Below, in pieces: positions 52,033 to 64,000 of a stretch of 64,000 bases of DNA. Below the pieces are notes generated by a model that did not search any database, was not told the origin of the DNA, and saw nothing but the letters and a program-made list of their open reading frames with translations. How positions within the stretch are numbered: the stretch's first letter is position 1; each line of letters opens with the position of its first letter. This DNA is from Octopus sinensis (taxonomy: Eukaryota): contig NC_043002.1 in assembly GCF_006345805.1 (NCBI RefSeq), positions 115,878,001-115,942,000 on the forward strand, written 5' to 3'. The translations under genes were made by a program, and so were the position numbers.

Positions 52033-52499
52033 TGTGTCTGTGTTTGTCCCCCCAACATCGCTTGATAACTGATGCTGATGTGTTTGCGTCCCTGTAACTT
52101 AGCGGTTTGGCAAAAGAGACCGATAGAATAAGTACTAGGCTTACAACGAATAAGTCCTGGGGTCGATTTGCTCGACTAAAGGCGGTGTTCCAGCATGGCC
52201 ACAGTCAAATGACTGAAACAAGTAAAAGAGTAAAGAGTAATTCGGCCAGAACATCATTCCAATACCATTGTATAACCCCTCTCTCATTTATCTAATTCAG
52301 GTACACACTCATCAGAATAGTTGCAATGAGGTGAGAGTTAGCAACAAGTACAAGTACTTTGGTTAATTTTCAGTGGAAAAGGAGGGGTTCACCAGAATTT
52401 GTTTCTCAATCTCCCTATTCATCGTAGTTGTCCCAGCTATAACAGGAGTTCAATACTGGTTGACCTTGGGAGCTGCTATATAAAGATAATTTCATTATT

Positions 52500-53170
52500 A
52501 TGGAAGATTTTTTCACTCTAAGAGTTGCTGAAGTATGGAACAAACTGCTGGCATCAGTTGTTAGTTGTCGGAGCACTGCATCCTTCAAAACTTCCATGCT
52601 TTCTGAGATGATGGAACATAGATCACATTGTTGATATAGGTAGATAAATAAAAATAGTAAAAATAATTGGGTGCTATACAAGCATTGTTAATACAAAGAA
52701 AAATAAATTGATAGGCAGTCTTCAACAACAACATTTTAGTGCAGGGTGTACAAACTATGGCATGATCATGGACATAAAATTATTAACCATCTTACAAACA
52801 ATAACTCTGAGCACCTTTTCAGACTTCACCTGTCTAACACCCATGGACATGTTTACAAAGTCAGAAAACAGCACAGCTCCCATGACTTTTGGAAACATTT
52901 TTTCACGTTAAGAGTTGCTGAAGCATGGAACAAACTGCCGGCATCAGTTGTTTGTTGCCGGAGCACTGCATCCTACAAAACTTCCATGCTTCCTGAGATT
53001 CGCCAACACTACACCTGATTTTCTCCTGTCCATACACACGCAAGCATGTATCTGACTCATACACTGTTCACTTTCCAGACATTTGTACATTACTGCATAT
53101 ACTTTATACGCACTTTTGACAAGTTGTGGTGCACCTGAGCACTGTATACAATAATTTCATTATTATTATT
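52500..53170 (+). mobile_element. Two CR1 3' fragments sandwiching a 161-bp copy of 43536-43696
   Basis: CR1 at ~52500-52608 and ~52770-53170; the middle matches 43536-43696 with three substitutions seen. Confidence 0.85.
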
Positions 53171-56100
53171 ATTATTTGATTGTAAAATTAGAAAAGAAAT
53201 TACAGGTGGGGTAGGACCTTAAAGTTAATTTGCAAAGACCAAAGTTTGAGTAAACAAGAAAACAGACAGTACTCTACTGTTTTAAGGAAAATAGCCTTGG
53301 TTAAGATGTAGAAATTCCAGATGGTGTACCCAGTGCAAGCTGTATACACAAGAGGTGCAGTGGAATCACCAGCAGGTTGATATAGAAAGTATGTGGCATA
53401 TTTGCAGGATCGATAAAGATTAAGAACACGTGGGAAATATTTTCTTGAATGCCCTGGAGTATCCCTAGAGGTAGTTGATGGTTTTTGTTATGCAGGTGAT
53501 CTCGTCGTGGAGGGAGATGTTTTGAAAGTATAGTAGCCAGAATAAGATCAGACTGGAGAAAGTTCAGAGAGCTACCGCCACTACTAGTGACAGAAGTTTT
53601 AAATACGAAGGAAAATCACGATCAACTGGTTAACCAACATGCATGTAAAAACCTCTTGTTTTCCGTTCCTGATTCCGGGTATTTTGCTTCAGTGATAGGA
53701 GATATTATCTCCCTTTAAGGGAGGAGTTGCTTCCCCTTGACCATTTCACCTGTTTTTTTTTTTAATACAGTGTTTTTAACCACAAAATAAAATAATAATT
53801 GTACTGAAGATTCTCTAGGTTCTGATATAAAGACGAGAATCTTAAAGGATGGCAACCCGTTTTTCCCTTGAAATCTTTGCAATTTTCTTTCTGCTTATCA
53901 TTTGTCTCAAAATAGCCATCTTTATGTGAAGTCTTTTGTCTAAAATTTGCCTTGTTGGGTGTACTGCATCACAGAGGTACAAATTTCTAATATTGTCTTT
54001 TATCTGTGACAATTCCAATAAAAATTTTCTGTGAAAAACCATGCTTCTGCCATTTCAACCATTGCCTAAGTTTCTACAGATAGAATACTTTTGAAAACTT
54101 TTCTAATGCATTTAGATTGCTAAACAATGGACATATGATTATTGTTGTCACCAGAATCAAAAAGATAATATAACCTCCTTGTTGTCCCCAGGTTTTAGAT
54201 TAGTAAAAGAGGAATCAATATACGCCACTATTTATAAACAATCAAGATATCCTAATTTTGGAATTGCTATTTCTTTATTTCTCTTGTTTCAGGCACTAGA
54301 TTACGGCCATGCTAGCTCACTGCAGTGAGGAATTTTAATCGACTCCAGTACTTTTTTTTTTCAGTCTGGTACATACTCTATTGGTCTATTTTGTTGAACT
54401 GCTAAGTTATGGCTGTGAAATGGTGGTGGGAGACAAAGACAACTACACACACACACACACACACACAACAAGCTTCTTTTAGTTTCTGTCTATCAAATCT
54501 ACTCCCAGGGTTTTGGTCGGCCTAAGGCTATAGCAGAAGACACTTGCCCAAAGTGCCATGCAGTAGGACTGAACCCCAAACTATGTGGTTGTGAAGCAAA
54601 CTTCTTACCACGCAGCCACCCTAACAATTTTTCCTTTCTTTCTTTATTGTTTTGTTAACTTGCTTAATATGCTCTGTTTTCCTGTTTTAGAATGGAAATT
54701 AACTCACTAATATCACAATTCAAATATGGTCTAGTTTGTGTGGTTAACTAATGTGGCTACCATCAGTAGCATAATTTCTGTAATATCAATTGTTGATATT
54801 GTATCTTCTAAGTTTTTGTTGTTTTCCATTAGAATATATTCGAATTTCTTTGCATATTCATCTTGTCCAAGTTTAATATCCTCACCTTTCTTTTTTGATA
54901 TCTTATCCGATATACTGAAACCCTGCTACTTGTTCACTCTTAACTTTAAATAATTTATGGAGCCTGTCAATAACTTGTGTTTGAAAAACTTATGAATCAT
55001 CAACATGAATGAGGAAAATCATAAATGCAACATCTTTTATTCCAGCAGCTTTTTCACAGCTGGCCTGGCTCTGTTACCTTTGTAGCTTTGTTGCAATTTA
55101 CATTTTATCAAGACTGCTTTTGGTGGTAAATTCGTTAACAAATTATATTTGATTACCTTTACTCTTTTCTGGTAAATGTCATACAAAGGAAATCTAGTAA
55201 TAACCAGGTAAAGTGCATTTTAACCGCAGTTTTCTTCTCAACATCACTATGCAGTTATTTTCAGTGTTCAGGTACATTTTAGCTCTTTTCGCTGCAGCTT
55301 TGTTGAGTAAAAGTGGATTGCTTGAACACCTGAAAATCATACCATCTGATCTTAGTGAGCTTGCTTTTTTATTACCTCCATTTTTTTAATTACAATGTGG
55401 AACAAAGTAGTGAAGGCTGACCTCAACATATGAACAATCCTTCTGTGATGCCAGTTATCTTTCCATCTTCCCTCAACTTTTATCCTTTTGACACTCATTC
55501 TTTATTCTTAACATTGTTTCATATCTGGCTTTGCCCCTCCCCCACCTTTGCTTGGTACTCATTGTATTCACCTCATTCTGTCTTTGACCTCCTACATTCT
55601 TGTCACTACATCACTTTCTTTCATTCTTTCCCAGACTTGTAAACTTTTATCCATCCACCCCACCCATCATCTTCCTATCTCTCATCCTTACCATATCTTC
55701 TGCTCTTTATTCTCTCTCTACTATCACTCTTCACCTCTCCTCCAAACCATTCATATCTTTTATCTTCTCTCTCAACTCATATTTACCATCAACTGTGCTT
55801 CCTCCTTTCTTCACCTTTTGCTACATCCACCTCCACCCCTTCTCAATCCATCTCTCATTCTCCTCCTACAGTCTTGAACACTTAACCCATTCACCCTTCC
55901 TGATCTCCTGTCGTCACTGTCTCATTTATTGTTGTTATCCTATTTTGTATAGAGAGTATGTTTTGACACCTCATCACCACCATTTTCATCTCTCTTTCCA
56001 GTTCCACCCTGATTACTACTACCCATACTTATATAATGTTGGGTAGCTGTGTATTTTCTCCATAGCAACAAACAAGTTCTTGTCCTCTCTTACTTTATAA

Positions 56101-56416
56101 CTCCTCAACACCTAGCATAAAGCCAACTCCCTTTGTGAAGGGAGCTTTTTGGTCTTGCAGATTACATGGCAACCTCACTAGTGCTTGTGCCACAAGAAAA
56201 AAAAAAGCAGATTACATGGCAACCTCACTAGTGCTTGTGCCACAAGAAAAAAAAAAAGTTCCCAGTACACTTTGTAAAGTGGTTGGCATCTAGCCATAGA
56301 AACCATGTCACAAAGCAGGCATTGGATCTTGATGCAATCCTTTGATTCATTGAATCCTGTCAAACCACCAACCCTATGGGAGATGGATGTTAAATGATGA
56401 TAATGATGATGATATA

Positions 56417-56875
56417 ATCTATATAAATAAAAGTGAAATTCTGTCTGTCTGGGACCCTTGTATCTCAGTGTACATTTGCTTTACATAGACACATTATACC
56501 ATTTTGGAAATATGACCTTCATTTGGTTCTTGAACATCCAGCATTGGGATCTGATGTAGGAGCATTTGGGCTGCTATTTCTAGCAGGTTAGGTAACTGCA
56601 AGAGGTTTCAAATGGTTTACAAGAGTTACCTCCCTTAGCTATAATAATAAATGCGACATTCTGTGTAAGAAAACTGACCAAAACATTTTGAATTTAATAG
56701 CAAAACTTTGTAACATTTTCCTCCGTTACCTACAATTAACGAAATAGTTGGGCTTCACCTTATGCTGCAGTGCTTTTTCCATGGTCAGCTCTATGTTGGG
56801 TTGTTCCAGAGTTGGAAATGGCAACAATCTCTTTGTATTAACACCAAATGGTAAAACCAAGAATTGCTATAATTT
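56417..56875 (+). mobile_element. Internally deleted Helitron (5' end + helicase C-terminal relic)
   Basis: atctatataaataaaagtgaaattctgtctg start; [23 protein letters not shown] at ~56750-56840, similar to the 6788 copy. A 5'-end copy lies in opposite orientation at ~58800-58955. Confidence 0.75.
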
Positions 56876-57954
56876 TCAACTATCATTATCGTTCTATAAT
56901 AAGAATTGCAATCATTTATGAATAGAGACAATTAACTGTTGATAAAAAAAACAACAACATTTTAAAATTGTGTGTAAAGTGAATGGATGGATTGAGTTTC
57001 ATTTGATTTAAGACAAAGGAAAGTATTGGGATCAGTTTATTCAAGGGTTTCAACTGAAGCCCTTGAAATTAGTGCCCTGACATGAGTGCACTCTACTGAC
57101 TGAAACAAGCGAAAAATAAATAAAAAAAAATTAATTACAATCATCTTTTAAAGTATTTATTCTTAAGTGTTTACCTGAGTGTGTAAGTGTATACCTGAGT
57201 GTGTAAGGTCATGTAAATGTAGGAATGTTGTTGCAGCCTTTTGCTGTGGATGGGGTCAACTGTTGCCTAATTGGCTGTTGGCCAGGAACTGACTGAATAA
57301 TAGTTATGTTGGGTATTGAGTGGTTATAATATTATTGCAGAGTAATAATTGGGTTGGCTAGTTTCGTGTAAAGTGTACAGAGTATCATGCAAGAAAGGGT
57401 GATTTGTATGGGTGTGTGTGTGTGTGTGTGTGTGTGCGTGTGTGTAGCAAATAGTGGGAAGGAATATACTTAACACTTTTGTTATGATATTTCTGTTGAA
57501 ATACACTGCCTTTCATCATCATCATCATAATCATTATCGTCATCATCATCACCATCATCATCATCATCTAATGTCCATTTTCTGTGCAGACATGGATTGG
57601 AGGGCTTGACAAGAACTGGTAAGGTCAGGGGGCCACACAAGGTTCCTTAGTCTGTTTTGGCTTGGTTTCTATGGCTGAATGGCCTTCCTAATGCCAACCA
57701 CAGTATGTGCAAGGCAAGAAATTGACAAAGTTGTCTCTGCTGATCTTTGTAGAATCCACACCATTTAAGAAAACAAATTCCCATATTAAACCCCAACTTA
57801 AACTACAAAACAGAAGCTGAATGTGTGTTAATACTTGTCACATAATGTTTTTTTGTGAACTTAACATATTTGCACTAATGACGGCAAACAGGCGGTCTTG
57901 TATTATATACTATACACAAAAAACATCCACTGCCTTAACTATAACTGAAGTACT

Positions 57955-58270
57955 GTGAAGGCGAGTGGCCTTGTGAGTAGGGTATTCGGCTCATGATCGT
58001 AAGGTTGTGAGTTTGATACCTTGTGGCACATTGTGTCTTTAAGCAAGACTCCTCATTTCACGTTGCTCCAGTCCACTCAGCTGGCAAGAATGAGTAGCAC
58101 CTGCATTTCAAAGGGCCAGCTTTGTCACATTCTGTGTCATGCTGAATCTCCCTGAGAACTATGTTAAGGGTACTTGTGTCTGTGGAGTGCTCAGCCTCTT
58201 GCACATTAAGTTCATCAGCAGGTTATTCCATTTATTGGATCAACTGGAACCCTTGTCGTAACCAAAAGAG
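57955..58270 (+). mobile_element. tRNA-derived SINE (second family)
   Basis: A/B-box-like head ggcgagtggccttgtgagtagggtattcggctc..ggttgtgagtttgatacc, followed by gcaagactcctcatttcacgttgctccagtccactcagctg. Confidence 0.6.
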
Positions 58271-60227
58271 TGCCTGTTTTTTGTTTCAATTGAAATACCG
58301 TCATATGCTAGTTTGATGCATTAGTTAGACTTATAGAATTATAGAATAACATCAGCATATTCACTGGGTAACCATACAATTACCATCAACAGAAACTGCA
58401 TTGTGTTCTGTTCTACATATATTTTGCATTTTATAATTCACTAGTTTAAAAGCCACATTCTGTGTGAACTTTTAAGCCAGTGTCTGCAGAGGGCTAATTG
58501 GGTCTGTGGCCCAAAACTAAAGAGAGCTAAATAGCATGACTATATGCCATGGTGGTGTTTGATCGGAGGTTAAGGATGGATGAGAATTAATTCTGCAGTG
58601 CAAGAATTCTATTGCTCCAGTCCCAAGTTGAATTCCAACTGTTGGCCAGTTTGTTTCAAAGTTCTTATCTTGATGTGAAATTAACGAAGTGAACATCGTT
58701 TATCTCTCCCTTGATCTCTGACTTCATCTGACAAATGCCAAGCAGGACAGATGACTCAACCAAGCTTTACCTGCTAGAAATAGCAACCCAAATGCTTTTA
58801 AATCAGATCCCAATGCTGGATGTTCAAGAACCAAATGAAATGCAGATTTTCAATCCCAGGATCATCTTGATTCCAGAAGGTTATAATACATCAATGTAGA
58901 GCAAGTGTACACTGAGATACAGGGGTCTCAGACTTTAACATTTATTATTATAGATATTGTATTTTGTACCTTGTATCATGCACGGCTCATTGATTTTTAC
59001 TTAACACAAATTGAATGTTTGCTACATAAGTTATTTTGAATTTACATATTTACACCAATAATGAAAAATGAGTTGTCTTGGATGTAACTTCAATGTGCTA
59101 CTACACTCCTCATTACTCTCTGATACACATACACAAACTATCCCTTCTTGCATGATACACTCTACACTCTGCTCAAAACTGTCAATCCACCACACTAGAA
59201 AAATTGTTGTGACACTCACAGAGTGGTTGGCGTTAGGAAGGGCATCCAGCTGTAGAAACATTGCCAGATAAGACTGGAGCCTGGTGCAGCCTTCTGGCTT
59301 CCCAGATCCCCGGTCGAACCGTCCAACCCATGCTAGCATGGAGAACGGACGTTAAACGATGATGATGATGATGATGATTTAACAAATAGTTTAAAGATCA
59401 AGTAGAAAGAGATATTTTTTTAACATATAAATACTGAACAGCATATATAAAGGATAAAATCCTTTTAGGAGCAGAAAAATTTTCTAGCAACCAGCCATGA
59501 AGTTTCAAATTTTGGCACAAGGCCAGCAATTTCAGGGGAGGGTTTAAGTTGATTATATATCGGCCCCAGTACTCAACTGCTATTTATTTTATCAGTTCCA
59601 AAAGGATGAAAGGCAAAGTTGACCTTTGTAGAATTTGAACTCAGAACGTAAAGATAGATGAAATGCCACTAAACATTTTGCCCGGTGTACTAATGATTCT
59701 GCCAGCTCATCACCTTACAAATCACTATTAATATTACTTTCAAATTTTGGCACAGGGCCAGCAATTTTAAGGAATTTTGAGTTCAGAATGTAAAGATGGA
59801 TGAAATGCTATTAAGCATGCAAACGGCACTGCCAGCTCACTGCCATCATTAAATATATAATATTGGTTTTGAATTTTGGCATGAGGCCAGTAATTTCAGG
59901 GCAGGAGATAAGTTGATTACATCAACCCCAGTGCTCAATTGGTACTTATTTTATTTACCCCAAAAAGATGAAAGGCAAAATCGACCTCAGTGGAATTTAA
60001 ACTCAGAACGCAACAATGTATGGAATGGCACTAAGCATTTTGCCTGGCATGCTAACGATTCTGTCAAATCACTGCTTTCATTAAATATTTACTATTACTC
60101 ACAGTTTGTAGTCAATAACCAATTGGGTAACAGGTGATCTCACTTGCATGAAAACACATTTGCATGATCCTGCATACATACACCTTAGGTATACACTGAA
60201 AAATAAATGCTTTAACAGACCATTGTA

Positions 60228-60239
<12 letters not shown>

Positions 60240-60269
<30 letters not shown>

Positions 60270-60510
60270 AATTCTTGTATACAGTGCTCAGGTGCAGCAC
60301 AACTTGTCAAAAGTGCATATAAAGTATATGCAGTAATGTACAAATGTCTGGAAAATGAACAGTGAATGAGTCAGATACATGCTTGCGTGTGTATGGAGGG
60401 GAGACAATCAGGTGTAGTGTTGGCAAATCTCAGGAAGCATGGAAGTTTTGAAGGATGCAGTGCTCCGACAACTAACAACTAATGCCGGCAGTTTGTTCCA
60501 TGCTTCAGTA
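60240..60510 (-). mobile_element. CR1-type LINE 3' end
   Basis: Reverse complement of the 44680-44945 tail. Confidence 0.85.
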
Positions 60511-61270
60511 CTCTCCCAAAGCTAGGTTTTGTGGGATTGATTTCTCTCTCTCTCTCCTACATATCAACACCTTACAAAATTTTAAATAAACTATTTTGAG
60601 AATGGGTTTTTAAGAAATCAAAACAGTATTTAATGTATGAAAAATTTTCAGCAAAAAGTTCTTTCAGGGTTATTGACAATTTTTATTACTTTGTCACAAA
60701 TGATACACCATACTTGAGAAGACCTGTCAAACCAAATGAAATTGTACTCATGGCTGATGCTGATGATGCGTAACTGGCACTCATGCTGGTGGCATGTAAA
60801 GAGCACCCACTACACTCTTGGAGTGGTTGGCATTAAGAAGGGCATCCAACCATAGAAATTATGCCAAATCAGATTGGAACCTGGTGCAGCTTACCAGTTT
60901 TCAGTCAAACCATCTAACCCATACCAGCATGGAAAGTTGGCAGTAAATGATGAGGATGATATATGCGTATATATACATTTATCCACATTTATTCATATAT
61001 GATCACCCAAATGCGATTCTTGTATATAATGAATACACAGTGCAGTCTGTTATTTCAAGTGAATTTAATATGTATACTCCAACTCAATTGCCCTAATACA
61101 AAATATTGCCAGTGATATACTAACAAGTGTGTATGTGCTATTCTATTAATATGTATATGAATGTGTGTGTGTGTGTACATATTCTAGAACAAATTCTCTT
61201 GCGGTATGCCAATTAAGTTTCAAAATAACATGCTAATAAATATTATATATAGGGTATATATGTGTGTGCA

Positions 61271-61303
<33 letters not shown>

Positions 61304-61324
61304 ATAATTTATGTATCAAAAAGT

Positions 61325-61865
61325 TCCCAGACTAATTCTGTAGTGCACCAACAGATGACAGCACATGGTTGCGTGTAAAGTGAAAGCTACCAGTGACCTT
61401 CATGAGGGAGTGTGTTAAGTGATATCACTGTGTTTACTTTGCAAGTTGTAAAATTTGTGTTTTTGTGATCACATGTATGCTATGGTCTGTGATTTTGTCA
61501 TGAACAGGAATATAGAGCCAACGTGAAATTTTGCATTAAACTTCGGCAAGGTAATGGTGACAAAGCAATGGATTGTACACAATATTTTGAGTGGAATAGG
61601 TACTTCTAAAGGCATGGCAGAGCTGCTGTTCATTCAAAAGCATGCTCATCATTTTGTTTTTGACATCTTTGATATTGTGCATAGAGAATTTGAGAGTTCT
61701 GCAAATGTTTTGAAGTGTTTGAGGGAGGACATTTGGCAAAAGTGACCAGATCTGTGGAGTGTGTAGAATTGGTTTCTTCATGACAATAATGCACCTTGTC
61801 ATGAAGCTCTCCTCACCATAGACAACGTGGTTCCACTCCCACCCCTGCCCTATTCACCAGATTGA
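61325..61865 (+). mobile_element. Degraded mariner (IS630/Tc1-mariner) transposon
   Basis: RANVKFCIKL, FDI..IVHREF, LREDIWQK, LHD.NAP.H, PYSPD motif fragments in order, with deletions. Confidence 0.8.
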
Positions 61866-61908
61866 GTTTACCACCGGGCAGGTCAAATGTCAGTGGTCCG
61901 TTATTAAT

Positions 61909-62340
61909 TTGACCTCCTCAGCAGTAAACTCCAACCACAGAGTAAGTAGAAAAACTTGCAATTGTCTGGTCTCTTACCTCTGCCCTCTTGGAGGTTTCTG
62001 TCTCTCTAAAAATGTAGTCTACAAGTGCTGTGTTATAACACCATGCTCCCACCGAGCAAGGGTCTATATTGGCAGCACTGTTAATTTCAAGCACTTCTAT
62101 CGTGCACACATGAACTCTTTCTCCAATCCAAATTCTAAATTATCTACTTCCTTAGCAACTTATATACACAACCTCAAATCTCAAAATGTTCTCTATACCC
62201 TATCCTGGTCCATTGTAAATGAGGCTCCCCTATACAATGCAAACATTGATATGTGTAAATTATGTTTCAAGAGAATTGCTAACTATCCTTTCAGCACAAC
62301 TCTTCATTACTTAATAGATTCTCAGATGTAATACTATCTT
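61909..62340 (+). mobile_element. Penelope-like GIY-YIG endonuclease fragment
   Basis: CPLGGFCLSKNVVYKCCV..VYIGST.NFK..Y..H..SF..LATYIHNLK....Y..SWSI..CKLC. Confidence 0.85.
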
Positions 62341-64000
62341 GTAAACACAAGTTCTACTCAACATTTGCACATTTTATTTTATCTAAGTAATCCCGTATCA
62401 ATAAATATCCTTAATTGAAATTAACCTTGAGGTACAACTAGGCCAGCTTAGCAACTTGCCACCTCAACTAATACTACCCTTCTTATTAAACTATTCTCTC
62501 TCATCGTTACCTTTGTAATTGATCTAACCCACTATATCCCACCTCCCTCATAGCCTCTCCACCCTCACAAGTGGTTTTCTCTCATTTCTCCTCCTCAACC
62601 AAAGGCATTTAATACTACCCCACTCATTTAGATACTAATCTGTCAACCCATCTCTCTTTCTATTCATTTCTCTGTATTCAATTTCATACACCTCTGCATA
62701 CCACAGTACTCCCCCTCCAATACCAACCCACATTCATTATCCCACTGACCACTGCTATCTTGACCACCAACTCCCTCACTCTGTCCACCCCTCTATCTTT
62801 TTACATACCTTAGTAGTCTCCCTCTGCCACTGAACTAGATACTTTTCTTTCCTCAAATATTTGCTGTTTTTCTCATTAACTCAGCCAATAAGTCTGTAGC
62901 TTTTATCCCTAAACTTTAACAAACCCAACACAATGTGTGTGTATATGTCAAAGATGGCAGATGTGTGTTTGTGTTGACTGCTATGACATTCATTATATGT
63001 GTGTGTGTGTGTATTCTGTATGTGTGTGTGTATTCTGTATGTGTGTGTGTTGACGTCACGAGTAAAGAAAAAATTGTGTTTACTCGTTTTCATTAATAGA
63101 GGTCTAAGTGTCACAAAAGTTTGTACTGCACTGCCAAAGGTAGGCATGAAATAAATATGCAAATAAATTAAGATAAATATACTACTTCTGAGATATTTCA
63201 GGTATATACAAACATCCCTACAGTTTTAGTATTATTAAGATATAGATACACACACACATGCACATATATACAATGTATATACTAGCCTTTGGACCCAGCG
63301 TTGCTTTTCCAGTTGAAGTTAAGCCCACCTCTGACCTTGTACTGAAATCTTCTACATTCCCTGTGCCAACCCATTAAGATGTTATATCTGGTTCGGCTGG
63401 GATTTTATCCGGTTAACACTTTTGACATACTCCTACACAATGGACTGTCTGAAATTGCAAGTCAAACTTTTAGGCTTACCTCGACCTGTTTAGAGTGATG
63501 TTTGTTTATTTCCCATTAATGCCACCCTCTGTACAATATTGATTAGCGTGTCCAATCTCAGCAAAATCTGAAAAAAAGTGTTAAGGTTATGTCATAAAAT
63601 AGAATCTACGTGAAAATGTAAAAGTTATGGCCAAAAATAAAATCCCATTGGGTATTTGCATGCAGAAAGCCAATTGATTTCATAAAACCACTGCTCAGGT
63701 GCAATTATCAATCTTTTGTCAATGCCATATACTGACATCAACTCACTGCCATGAGCCTTGCTCACTCATCGGTTTCCATCAAAATCGAACAAAAAATGCA
63801 AAAGCTGCAGGAAAAATAACATTGTTGTGGGAATTTCCATTCAAATTCCCGATTGAGCTCACAAAACTGAGCATTATCGAGTTTTCAAAAAATTCCGGCT
63901 TTATTTGAATGTCAGGGCATGTGATCTACCCATGTGCCAAAAATGATTGAAATCGGTTGGACGGCATGGGAGGAGTTAGAGTGACCCCCCCCACACACAC

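Noticed and set aside
53849-53929. Signal-peptide-like MATRFSLEIFAIFFLLIICLK
   Set aside because: Stops after 26 codons with no usable donor; expected by chance in T-rich DNA.
54116-54327. ~70-codon open frame after tttAG as candidate exon 7
   Set aside because: Lacks the W-Y-D-N and G-x-G-M-W motifs and runs into a SINE.
56157-56258. 50-bp tandem duplication (also 27-28 bp at 50007-50061 and ~21 bp at 27557-27612)
   Set aside because: Ordinary local slippage duplications with no further structure.

Overview
Eukaryotic, AT-rich, repeat-dense genomic DNA. The SINE and microsatellite families look like those of an octopod cephalopod (inferred from repeat content). One host gene is supported: a + strand di-N-acetylchitobiase (CTBS)-like GH18 gene. 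Six coding exons are visible: 4069-4227, 36008-36157, 41115-41329, 45314-45485, 48350-48456 and 49437-49607. Their order and splice phases match vertebrate CTBS exons 1-6 as recalled from memory. The predicted protein has a signal peptide but has lost both catalytic motifs (DGINIDIE to DIYLLDMV, MSYD to NAES), so it is a probable pseudoenzyme or chi-lectin. Intron 1 (about 31.8 kb) starts with a GC donor, exon 2 carries a 1-nt frameshift, and the expected last exon was not found. The rest is nested mobile DNA: a near full-length CR1/L2-group LINE, RTE LINEs and their 3' tails, Penelope-like elements, Helitrons, a solo LTR, a mariner relic, tRNA-derived SINEs, fold-back elements and microsatellites. 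A minimal hammerhead ribozyme with a compensatory U3-A8 core sits next to a perfect 150-bp palindrome at the window start. All comparisons to known proteins are from memory; no searches were run.
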